In this document: positions 30,164 through 37,327 of the stretch, one piece after another
How the letters are laid out: each line of letters begins with the position of its first letter
Position numbering within the stretch: the first letter of the stretch is position 1
Source of the DNA: an uncultured Verrucomicrobia subdivision 3 bacterium
GTDB taxonomy: Bacteria; Verrucomicrobiota; Verrucomicrobiia; Limisphaerales; UBA11358
Reading direction: 5' to 3'
Assembly: GCA_903872345.1 (NCBI GenBank)
Contig: CAIQKM010000017.1
Location: forward strand, 133,385 to 197,384
DNA length: 64,000 bases
Made by a program: the position numbers and the translations under genes
Notes under the pieces: generated by a model
Databases searched by the model: none
Told to the model about the DNA's origin: nothing
The model's input: the letters and a program-made list of their open reading frames with translations, nothing else

Positions 30164-30297
30164 GCGTAGCTTCGGCTGCGAGTCTCAGTAGAAAACCGCG
30201 AATTTTCAAATGCAAAGAGACTGCGTCGAGCACGCGCCCATCGGGCGCGGCTTGATTCACTTCTTTGCATGGGCGCTTCGCGGTGCCTCTACTGAGG
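30164..30297. other. extended imperfect hairpin (candidate structured RNA or single-strand initiation/regulatory site)
   Basis: Nested complementary segments: ctcagtag(30184-91)/ctactgag(30289-96); accgcgaa(30195-202)/ttcgcggt(30277-84); atgcaaag(30210-17)/ctttgcat(30263-70); tcgagc(30226-31)/gcttga(30250-55, one G-U); apex cgcgccc-atc-gggcgcg (30233-49). Preceded by a UUCG-loop hairpin gcgtagc-ttcg-gctgcg (30164-80). Confidence 0.6.
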
Positions 30298-30354
30298 TGC
30301 GTTAGGCTCGCGCCCCTTTAATTTTAGGCGGCATGAGCAGGCGGAAAGGAAATT

Positions 30355-31620
30355 ATGCCTGAAAATTTTGTAATCAGCCCATGCCAGCATTGCGCCGGGA
30401 ATATCGAATTTGACGCCACCCGCGCTGGCGAATCCGTAGCGTGTCCCCATTGTGGACAGGAAACAGTGTTGGTTACCGCATCAAACACACCACCAATACT
30501 CGATTCAAACATTCGGGATAAATCCGTAAGAGGCACCATTCTTGATTTCACGGTACAAACAAATCTTGGATTTATTTCCGGGGATGATGGTCAACGCTAT
30601 TCGTTTCAGGGCACCGAATGGAAAGAAGGCGGAAAATTCCCAACAAAAGGGATGCGAGTAGATTTTTCGCCACAAGTAAGCTCCGCATGTGCAATTTATC
30701 TGCTCCAAGATGCATCGGCTACTATTTCAGGAACTGGTGAAAAAAGGGATTGCAACCATATTGCGGCCGCCCTTTTTGCAATCTTCCTAGGCGCACTAGG
30801 GATTCACAAATTTTACATGGGTAAAACACAATTAGGTTGTATTTACATAATTGCAGGGGTAGCAACCTGCGGTTGGGGGTGGATAATAACCGGGTTGATT
30901 GGTCTTATAGAAGGGATTATTTATCTATCAGCGACACAAGCAGAATTTGAGCAGAAATATGTATTTCCATCTCAGGGAAGAATTAATTCTAAATCGATGT
31001 TGAACAAGTCCATGTTGGTTTGGATGATTGGAATTTTCGCTTTAGCAATAACCATCGGAATTATTGCGGTTGGATTTGCTGCCGATAATAAATTAAAGCC
31101 CGCCAAAAGCGGCTCGACAAATTCATTGAATCATAACGGTCAGAGCAAAGACGCACTGGTATTTCAACAGGGAAATATTGATGTTGAAATAACTGACATT
31201 GTTCACGGCTTCACCACTGGAGAGAGTCCAAATGAGAGGGGTTTAATTGTGAAGACTAGCAATTTTCTACTGTTTACAGTTAGTATTTCTAATCACAGCA
31301 CTAACAGAATATATGATTTTACAACATTCAGAAAAGACGCCCTTTTGACGGATGACAAGGGAAATGTCTGCAAAAAAAGTATTGGGTGGAAAAATCCGAA
31401 TGGAATGGCCGACGGATGGGTGCCGCCTTACCCATTTAATAAAAAGCTTTTCACAAATTCAGACCGGATACGACCTCAGACTGGACGTGAAGACATGTTG
31501 GGGTTTGAAATTCCTGACTCTACTGCCCATGTCTTCCATCTCGAATTTTCCGCAGCAAATTTTGGCGGGATTGGTAAAATTAACTTTGAAATTCCTGTGA
31601 GCGAGATAAGTGGCTGGTAA
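30355..31620 (+). CDS. zinc-ribbon / beta-barrel / TM2-domain / extracytoplasmic-domain membrane protein (island cargo)
   Basis: 421 aa. CxxC...CxxC ribbon (CQHCAGNIEFDATRAGESVACPHCGQE). Small beta-rich module (GTILDFTVQTNLGFISGDDGQRYSFQG...GMRVDF). TM2-domain-like pair of helices (AAALFAIFLGALGIHKFYMGK...GLIGLIEGIIYL). A further TM helix (MLVWMIGIFALAITIGIIAVGFA). C-terminal ~190-aa domain resembling DUF4352-type Ig-like folds. RBS aaggaa upstream. The most AT-rich gene in the window by eye. Confidence 0.6.
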   Translation: MPENFVISPCQHCAGNIEFDATRAGESVACPHCGQETVLVTASNTPPILDSNIRDKSVRGTILDFTVQTNLGFISGDDGQRYSFQGTEWKEGGKFPTKGMRVDFSPQVSSACAIYLLQDASATISGTGEKRDCNHIAAALFAIFLGALGIHKFYMGKTQLGCIYIIAGVATCGWGWIITGLIGLIEGIIYLSATQAEFEQKYVFPSQGRINSKSMLNKSMLVWMIGIFALAITIGIIAVGFAADNKLKPAKSGSTNSLNHNGQSKDALVFQQGNIDVEITDIVHGFTTGESPNERGLIVKTSNFLLFTVSISNHSTNRIYDFTTFRKDALLTDDKGNVCKKSIGWKNPNGMADGWVPPYPFNKKLFTNSDRIRPQTGREDMLGFEIPDSTAHVFHLEFSAANFGGIGKINFEIPVSEISGW

Positions 31621-32007
31621 TTGTAAATTCAGACGGTCAGTTTTTCCACAAAACTAAACAGCACTCAGATCAACTGCGTAATACCAACCCGCGAAAATTT
31701 TTCCGGTGGCCATCGCCCAAGCCATGCCCCGCCCCGCCAAATTGACCATAGCGCGTTTGAATCATCCGGGCCGGCAATTCCACGTCCGGCGAATCAAAAC
31801 AGGTGTAAAGCCATTTTCACCCCTCGCGGGCAGGATTCAGGGTGGATTCCGGCAATACAGGGGGAAAATGTGCCCCGTCACTCATGTTTAGAAAGGGGGT
31901 GTGGTCACATATTCGGTTTCACCATGGCAATCCCCTTCATAACCTGCCCGCACCGTATTATCCGCGTGCCTGCCACTAATGCACGGGCCGAAATGGCAGG
32001 CCGATTG

Positions 32008-32094
32008 TTTGCACAACCTTTGCACAATTCCGGGCCAGACTTGCAGTTTGCACAACCTTTGCACAGGCTAGTAGGATTGCACAGGATTTGCACA
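32008..32094 (+). repeat. six TTGCACA iterons arranged as three 11-bp-phased pairs, inside the attR end of the island
   Basis: TTGCACA starts at 32009, 32020, 32048, 32059, 32077 and 32088 (spacings 11, 28, 11, 18, 11), plus a degenerate TTGCAG at 32041. All share the orientation of the attL pair. Confidence 0.85.
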
Positions 32095-32223
32095 GAAAAT
32101 CATGCCGCAAATTGCCCATAGAATCACGAATTGTCTTGATTTTAAAGGCGTTTAGTTGCTAGTCTATGGGCAATGAATAGCAATGAAATCCCCCAGACCA
32201 GCAGCAGCGAGAATAGCGAAATA

Positions 32224-32253
32224 ATAGGTTCAACTCCTATTGGGTGCACCACT
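32224..32253. repeat. attR (duplicate of tRNA-Arg 3' end)
   Basis: ATAGGTTCAACTCCTATTGGGTGCACCACT, identical to 25158..25187. No upstream tRNA body, so not a second tRNA gene. Confidence 0.9.
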
Positions 32254-32576
32254 CTTAGGTTGAATACAATCAACTGCTTGCACCGCTTCGCCGCCACCAA
32301 AAAAAATTGAATATATTTTAATACTGCCACTTGGGGCTGCCACTTTTTGGGCTTTGAATGGGGAGGCAAATCGAGTCAATGACAGCACCACCACTACAGT
32401 CCGTTGTTGATGACATGTCATTCGCCTACAATTGGATTTACCCAACTATTGCCTAGCGAATTGCTCCCGGCGGCCATCCGCGTTAACCTGCCCTCGTATG
32501 ACAGCGGCAAATAGGAGCGCAGGCTTTCGGTAATGCGATCCTGATCTCACATCAGCCGTTTCAGGTCGCGCCCGGG

Positions 32577-33239
32577 CTAATTTTTCTGTCTGTTTCCCAA
32601 CAGGCCCATGTACTGCATTTGCTCAATGGCATATATTCGATTGGTGGGATTGCCGTCCTTGAGCAATCGGCCCAACTCAAGGCTGTAGGCTGCTTTGATG
32701 TCGGTCACATTGAGCGGTTGCCGATCGCGTGTGCGAAGAATGCCATCCTCGCCGCCTATGGGGAAATCGGCGATCTGGCGGTAAACATTTGCGGGGAATA
32801 TCGCACCGGCGGCGGGGGTATAATAAATGTCCTCCCGGTCCAGATTGGCGGACATCACAACATAAGCGGAGCCAGGATTAAAATGGTAACAAACCGGCGG
32901 CGACGGTCCACTCCAACCCGGTCCGTTATCCGGTTCGCCCGAATAATGCCACAAGGTCACCCGGTTGGTATGCAACGTACCCTTTAGAACAGAAACGACC
33001 CGGAACTCCGTTGCCGATACTTTGAATGCCACCGTAAAAGCCCGGTTGGTGATGCGCATCGTGGCCAACGCCTCCCCCTTAAATATCAGATCCGAATTGG
33101 TCGCCAACGCTTCCAACCGACCATGCAATAGGCGAAGCTCCAAGTCCGACTCCAGCGCTGCCGTTATATCAGCGCATTGCCCCGGCCGCGCCAGCAGGCA
33201 CAGAGTAAAACCAAGAAGCATGGCCCGGAACCGAACCAT
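32577..33239 (-). CDS. secreted hypothetical protein
   Basis: 220-aa ORF with signal peptide MVRFRAMLLGFTLCLLARPGQCA. No motif recognised. Confidence 0.45.
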   Translation of the reverse strand: MVRFRAMLLGFTLCLLARPGQCADITAALESDLELRLLHGRLEALATNSDLIFKGEALATMRITNRAFTVAFKVSATEFRVVSVLKGTLHTNRVTLWHYSGEPDNGPGWSGPSPPVCYHFNPGSAYVVMSANLDREDIYYTPAAGAIFPANVYRQIADFPIGGEDGILRTRDRQPLNVTDIKAAYSLELGRLLKDGNPTNRIYAIEQMQYMGLLGNRQKN

Positions 33240-33249
33240 AAAATAAAAC

Positions 33250-34005
33250 TTACTTCACCGTATTCACCAGCGGCGCGAGGCCTTCGATCCGCACTTCCAG
33301 CTTGTCGCCGGACTTGATGGGACCGACGCCGCTGGGGGTGCCGGTGAGGATGACGTCGCCCGGGAGCAGTGTGAGGTTGGTGGAGACGAAGCTCACGATT
33401 TCCGCCGGCTTGAAAATAAGCTGGCTGGTGTTGGAATTCTGCCGCAACTGGCCGTTTTGAAATTGCTGGATGCTGAGGTTGTTCGGGTCAATTTTGGTTT
33501 CCACGAACGGTCCGAGCGGCGTGAAGGTGTCGAACGATTTGCACCTCGCCCATTGGGACTCCGCCTTCTGGATGGTGCGGTCGCTGATGTCCTGCGAGGC
33601 GGTGTAACCGAAAATGTAGCGGCCAGCCGAGGAGGCGGCCACATTGCGAATCTTGCGACCAATGACAATCGCCAGTTCAGCCTCGAAATCGGTGCGATGC
33701 TGGGGAAAGGGAATTTCAATTTTGCCGCCATCGGGCAACAATGAAGTGGTGGCCTTGAACCAGATCAGCGGTTCCTTGGGCAGTTCGCGATTCATCTCGC
33801 GGGCGTGATCCAGATAGTTGATCCCGACGGCGATAATTTTGGTGGGGACAACCGGGACCAGAATTTTGACGCCCTTGCGCGGCGTGGGCTTTTTATCGAA
33901 GGTCGGCGAACCAAACACGTCTCCGTGCAACCGGAAGATTTCTCCATCCACCACCTTGGCATGGAAGATCTCGTTGTCTTTTTGGAACCGCCCAATGGCT
34001 GCCAT
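33250..34005 (-). CDS. fumarylacetoacetate hydrolase (FAH) family protein
   Basis: FAH-fold motifs: KIIAVGINYLDHAREM, DFEAELAIVIGRK, GDVILTGTPSGVGPIKSGD. ATG 34005 is preferred over the TTG at 34023. Confidence 0.8.
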   Translation of the reverse strand: MAAIGRFQKDNEIFHAKVVDGEIFRLHGDVFGSPTFDKKPTPRKGVKILVPVVPTKIIAVGINYLDHAREMNRELPKEPLIWFKATTSLLPDGGKIEIPFPQHRTDFEAELAIVIGRKIRNVAASSAGRYIFGYTASQDISDRTIQKAESQWARCKSFDTFTPLGPFVETKIDPNNLSIQQFQNGQLRQNSNTSQLIFKPAEIVSFVSTNLTLLPGDVILTGTPSGVGPIKSGDKLEVRIEGLAPLVNTVK

Positions 34006-34116
34006 AGGCGGGGAGGCTAACAAAGCAGCTTGCTTCGCCGCAAGCTAAATGCTTGGCTCACGGACGGCACAATTTATTCGCAATACCCTTGCCATGATGC
34101 ACTTATAATGCAATAT

Positions 34117-34146
34117 ATTTGAAATCTCAAATTTGAAATTTGAAAT
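34117..34146. repeat. left inverted-repeat arm (ATTTGAA heptad tandem) flanking the four-helix-bundle gene
   Basis: atttgaaatctcaaatttgaaatttgaaat. Its reverse complement matches 34666..34696 apart from one extra T. Confidence 0.9.
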
Positions 34147-34151
34147 AAACC

Positions 34152-34862
34152 ATGACCTACCAACGTTTTGAGGAATTGCCGGTGTGGCAAGAGGCCATTA
34201 GGCTGGCCGAACGCGTGTACGAATTGACGGAAAATCCCACCTTCGCCCGGCAACGCAGTTTGCAAGACCAGTTGGAACGGGCGGCGGTTTCCATCTCCAA
34301 CAATGTGGCGGAAGGATTCGAGCGAGGCACCACGCAGGAGTTGCTAAACTTTGTTTACATTGCCCGTGGTTCGGCTGGCGAGGTGCGTTCGATGCTCTGC
34401 CTGTTGGAAAGGCTGGCGCGATTTGCCCATTTGCGACCAAAAATTCCTGCCATCAAAACTATGGCTGAATCCTGCTCGCGCCAATTACGGGCTTGGGCTG
34501 GAAGCTTACAGGAGTCCCCCATCAAAGGTCAGCGGCGTCTCACCCAAGCAGTCCGTAACCAAGCGGATCAAAAAAACGAGCGGCAACTTTCAACCAAACA
34601 CTGCCGTAAAAAGATAAAAAAGGTGAATCTCGCAGCACACCAAAAACGGTGTGATAGAGCGCTTGATTTCAAATTTCAAATTTTGAGATTTCAAATTAAT
34701 GGGGCGAAATCCCCATTGACGTACCTGCCCCACGGGTTCTTAATTGCAGCAGCAACCAAAAGAAACCGCCATGGGCAAAGCCGATCTCCATATGCACACC
34801 ACTTCCAGCGATGGAATGATGAGCCCGGCCATGCTCCTGAATTACGTCGCGGTCTGCACTGA
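34152..34862 (+). CDS. four-helix-bundle protein (23S rRNA intervening-sequence protein family); 3' boundary uncertain
   Basis: MTYQRFEELPVWQEAIRLAERVYELT...LQDQLERAAVSISNNVAEGFERGT..ELLNFVYIARGSAGEVRSML is the typical family signature and covers about the first 125 aa. The ORF has no stop until 34862, reads through the right IR arm (DFKFQILRFQIN) and overlaps the PHP gene. Confidence 0.7.
   Translation: MTYQRFEELPVWQEAIRLAERVYELTENPTFARQRSLQDQLERAAVSISNNVAEGFERGTTQELLNFVYIARGSAGEVRSMLCLLERLARFAHLRPKIPAIKTMAESCSRQLRAWAGSLQESPIKGQRRLTQAVRNQADQKNERQLSTKHCRKKIKKVNLAAHQKRCDRALDFKFQILRFQINGAKSPLTYLPHGFLIAAATKRNRHGQSRSPYAHHFQRWNDEPGHAPELRRGLH
34666..34696. repeat. right inverted-repeat arm of the four-helix-bundle element
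   Basis: atttcaaatttcaaattttgagatttcaaat, the reverse complement of 34117..34146 with a 1-nt insertion. Confidence 0.9.
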
Positions 34863-35490
34863 TTTGGACCTGATTGCCATTACCGACCACAACACCCTCG
34901 ATGGCTGGCAGCGTGCCCGGGAATTTCAACTCCGTCCGGAAAACGACCATCTCCACGAGCTCGAACTGGTGCCCGGACTCGAAATCTCCTCGCGCGATGG
35001 CCACATCCTCGGCATTGGTATTTCAAAGCTTATCCCCCGGGATATGAGCGCCGCCGAAACCGTCGCCGCCATCCACGAACAAGGCGGCCTGGCGCTGGCC
35101 CCGCATCCGCTGGCCTGGGTGCCCGGGCTGAAGGATTTTGCCGGGGTTGGGCAACTGGTGATCAACCTCCCCTTCGACGCAATCGAGACCCGCAACTCGA
35201 CCGTGACCGAATGCTGGAACAATGTGCGGGTGGCCTGGAAGAACCGTCGACGCCCGGAACCGCTGGCGGAATACGGCGGGAGCGATGCGCATTTTCTTTG
35301 GGCGGTGGGCCGGACTTGGACCGAATATCCCGGCAAAGGCTTCGCCGCGCTGCGGCGGGCGGTGGCGGACAAGACCACCCAGGCGAGTGGACTGACGTGG
35401 GGCGCGGTGAGTTTACTGCGCTATTTTCATGACCGCCATCGCTGGAAACATTTTTGCCGGGAACATAACGTTCACCTGGCGGATGTTTGA
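34771..35490 (+). CDS. PHP-domain metal-dependent phosphoesterase
   Basis: MGKADLHMHTTSSDGMMSP (PHP motif I), IAITDHNTLDG, LAPHP and GGSDAH motifs. ATG 34771 is preferred over the TTG at 34744. Confidence 0.8.
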   Translation: MGKADLHMHTTSSDGMMSPAMLLNYVAVCTDLDLIAITDHNTLDGWQRAREFQLRPENDHLHELELVPGLEISSRDGHILGIGISKLIPRDMSAAETVAAIHEQGGLALAPHPLAWVPGLKDFAGVGQLVINLPFDAIETRNSTVTECWNNVRVAWKNRRRPEPLAEYGGSDAHFLWAVGRTWTEYPGKGFAALRRAVADKTTQASGLTWGAVSLLRYFHDRHRWKHFCREHNVHLADV

Positions 35491-36576
35491 TTAACGCATA
35501 ATCCACCCGCCGCCGACCACGAGGTCGTCCTGATAAAAAACGGCGGCCTGACCGGGCGTGATGGCACGTTGGGGCGTATGCAGTTTTACCTTCACTTTAC
35601 CACCTTCCAACGGGGTAATGGTGGCATCGGTACCGGGATGGTTATAGCGGATTTTGGCCATGACTTCGAGGGGGCCTGCGAGTTGCTCAAACGGATGCCA
35701 GTTGCAGCGTTCGGCAATGAACTCATCGCGGTCGAGGGCGGATTCATCGCCAACAACGACGCGGTTGGTTTCGGGGTCCAGTTCAACCACGTACACGGGC
35801 TTGGCGGTGGTGATGCCGAGGCCGCGCCGCTGGCCGATGGTGTAAAATTCAATGCCGTCGTGATGGCCAAGCACGTGGCCATGCACATCGGTGATTTCGC
35901 CGCGATGCTTTTGCACCAGGTTGGCCTGCTGAAGGAATCCGCCGTAGTTGTTGTCCGGCACGAAACAGATTTCCATGCTCTCCTCCTTATCGGCGGTTTT
36001 GAGCTGGCAATGCCGAGCCACGTCGCGGGTGTCGCTCTTCGTCTTTTCGCCGAGGGGAAACAGGATGCGGGCGAGCTGATCCTGGCGGAGGGAAAAGAGA
36101 AAATAGCTTTGATCCTTGCGCCGGTCGCGGCCGCGCTTGAGCAACATGCGGGAACCGTCGGCGCTCTTTTCCACGCCGGCAAAATGGCCGGTGGCGATGA
36201 AGTTGGCGCCCAACTGGTCGGCACGGTCAATGAGGCGGCCGAACTTGAGGTTCTGATTGCACATCACGCAGGGATTGGGCGTGCGACCGGCCTTGTATTC
36301 ATCGGCAAAATACTGGATGACGTGCTTCTGAAATTCGCCGGATTCGTCGATGAGGTAGTACGGGATATCGAGCTTGTTGCAGACGGACCGCGCATCGGTC
36401 ACGGCCTGGGGACCGCAGCACTTATCCTCGGCGCGGTTCACGCAGTCCTGCGGCCAGAGCTTGAGGGTGATGCCGATGACATCGTAGCCCTGCTCCAGCA
36501 ACAAAGCCGCCGTGGCGGAGGAATCAACTCCTCCGCTCATCCCGCAGACCACGCGCTGACGCTTGGGCGAATTCAT
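35491..36576 (-). CDS. mnmA: tRNA 2-thiouridine(34) synthase
   Basis: PP-loop VVCGMSGGVDSS shortly after MNSPKRQR. Also NPCVMCN, CFVPD and the C-terminal GQAAVFYQDDLVVGGGWI. 361 aa from ATG 36576. The track's 463-aa version adds 102 aa translated from the palindrome-rich intergenic DNA. Confidence 0.9.
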   Translation of the reverse strand: MNSPKRQRVVCGMSGGVDSSATAALLLEQGYDVIGITLKLWPQDCVNRAEDKCCGPQAVTDARSVCNKLDIPYYLIDESGEFQKHVIQYFADEYKAGRTPNPCVMCNQNLKFGRLIDRADQLGANFIATGHFAGVEKSADGSRMLLKRGRDRRKDQSYFLFSLRQDQLARILFPLGEKTKSDTRDVARHCQLKTADKEESMEICFVPDNNYGGFLQQANLVQKHRGEITDVHGHVLGHHDGIEFYTIGQRRGLGITTAKPVYVVELDPETNRVVVGDESALDRDEFIAERCNWHPFEQLAGPLEVMAKIRYNHPGTDATITPLEGGKVKVKLHTPQRAITPGQAAVFYQDDLVVGGGWIMR

Positions 36577-36661
36577 AGAAGAGACAGTATAGCACGAACC
36601 GGGGCGGTGTAAATTGCGTTTGCGGACACCAGCCCGGATCGTCCGGCCACCAACCTTCTGA

Positions 36662-37097
36662 GAATCCCAAGGGGATTCCGGCCCAAAGCCCTGGGTTGCG
36701 AGTCGGCGAGCTACCCAGGGTACACGCCACCAAACCGACTTCAACCGCAACGCGGTTGCGGCTTTTTGAACAGAAGCCAACGAAGGAAACGAAGATTCCT
36801 TGTTTCTTCCGTGTTGGGCCGGCACGTCGGCGCGCATTGACGCGGTGCCGGCCCGACAGGCCGGAGAACGATTTGATGGCATTTACCCAGGCCTCCGCTC
36901 GCCGACTCGCTCCTGCCTGGGCTATAACCTGGCGGGCCTTCAGCCCTTTGGCGGAGCGCGGCTGTCTCAGCCGCAGCGCGTGGCCAGGCCAGACGGCTGC
37001 GAAGTTCGCGCACACCGTGTTGGCGGAACGGCGGAAGCGTGAGAAGTTCAACGCGGCTCGGTCTGACGGCACGCTGCGGCTGAGACAGCCGCGCTCC
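36662..37097. repeat. cluster of GC-rich palindromic units (REP/BIME-like) in a ~750-bp non-coding gap
   Basis: Hairpins: gaatccc-aag-gggattc (36662-78); ccctgggt...acccaggg (36689-720) and its inverted relative cccaggc...gcctggg (36886-921), which share the core GCGAGTCGGCGAGC; ccgcaac-gcg-gttgcgg + CTTTTTG (36745-68); gggccggcac...gtgccggccc (36816-54). A 26-nt perfect inverted pair ggagcgcggctgtctcagccgcagcg (36953-78) / its complement (37072-97). Confidence 0.75.
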
Positions 37098-37327
37098 GGC
37101 GGCGGCGGGGACCGGCTGAAGCCGGAACTCCAAACCTCAAACCGCGCCGGATTGCTCCACACCCGTTGTAAACCACGTTGCTGCGACTGGTGTTCGACAC
37201 AGTCCGCTCCGCCAGGGAAGAAATTTGTCATGCGCCCCAAAACCTGAAACCGTCACGCATCAACTTATTAAAATGAGCGATAAGTTGAACCGAATTTCAA
37301 CGAATGGTTGACGTGGCCGGAGAAAAT

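Larger units (their letters stand above)
25158..32253 (+). mobile_element. ~7.1-kb tRNA-Arg-integrated element (integrase + Xis-like + prim-pol replication module + cargo)
   Basis: Bounded by exact 30-bp direct repeats equal to the tRNA 3' end. Integrase is adjacent to the tRNA. Interior is visibly more AT-rich than flanking DNA. No structural phage or conjugation genes recognised. Confidence 0.85.

Noticed and set aside
30164-30297. Retron msr/msd or type III toxin-antitoxin RNA interpretation of the island hairpin
   Set aside because: No reverse transcriptase gene in the island, and no tandem RNA repeats or ToxN-like endoribonuclease gene. Kept only as an unexplained structured element.
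31870-32121. Small ORFs over the iteron field (31870..32121 plus, 31905..32093 minus, 31706..31891 plus)
   Set aside because: Their sequences are periodic translations of the TTGCACA repeats (FAQPLHN..FAQPLHR / CKGCAN..CKGCAN). No RBS, and ORFs overlap on both strands.
32224-32253. Possible second tRNA or tRNA pseudogene at the island's right end
   Set aside because: Only the 3' 30 nt (T-arm, acceptor 3' strand and trailer) are present, with no D-arm or anticodon arm upstream. This is the att duplication generated by integration.
36577-36882. 102-aa N-terminal extension of mnmA in the ORF track (start 36882)
   Set aside because: The extension translates the palindromic intergenic repeats (e.g. 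WWRVPWVARRLATQGFGPESPWD). The PP-loop SGGVDSS lies right after the internal ATG at 36576, giving a canonical 361-aa MnmA.
36524-37247. Overlapping ORFs on both strands (36524..37240 minus, 36696..37247 plus, 36741..37133 minus, 36800..37042 plus)
   Set aside because: They are mutual mirror readings of hairpin and palindrome units, with no start context or motifs. Treated as a non-coding repeat cluster.
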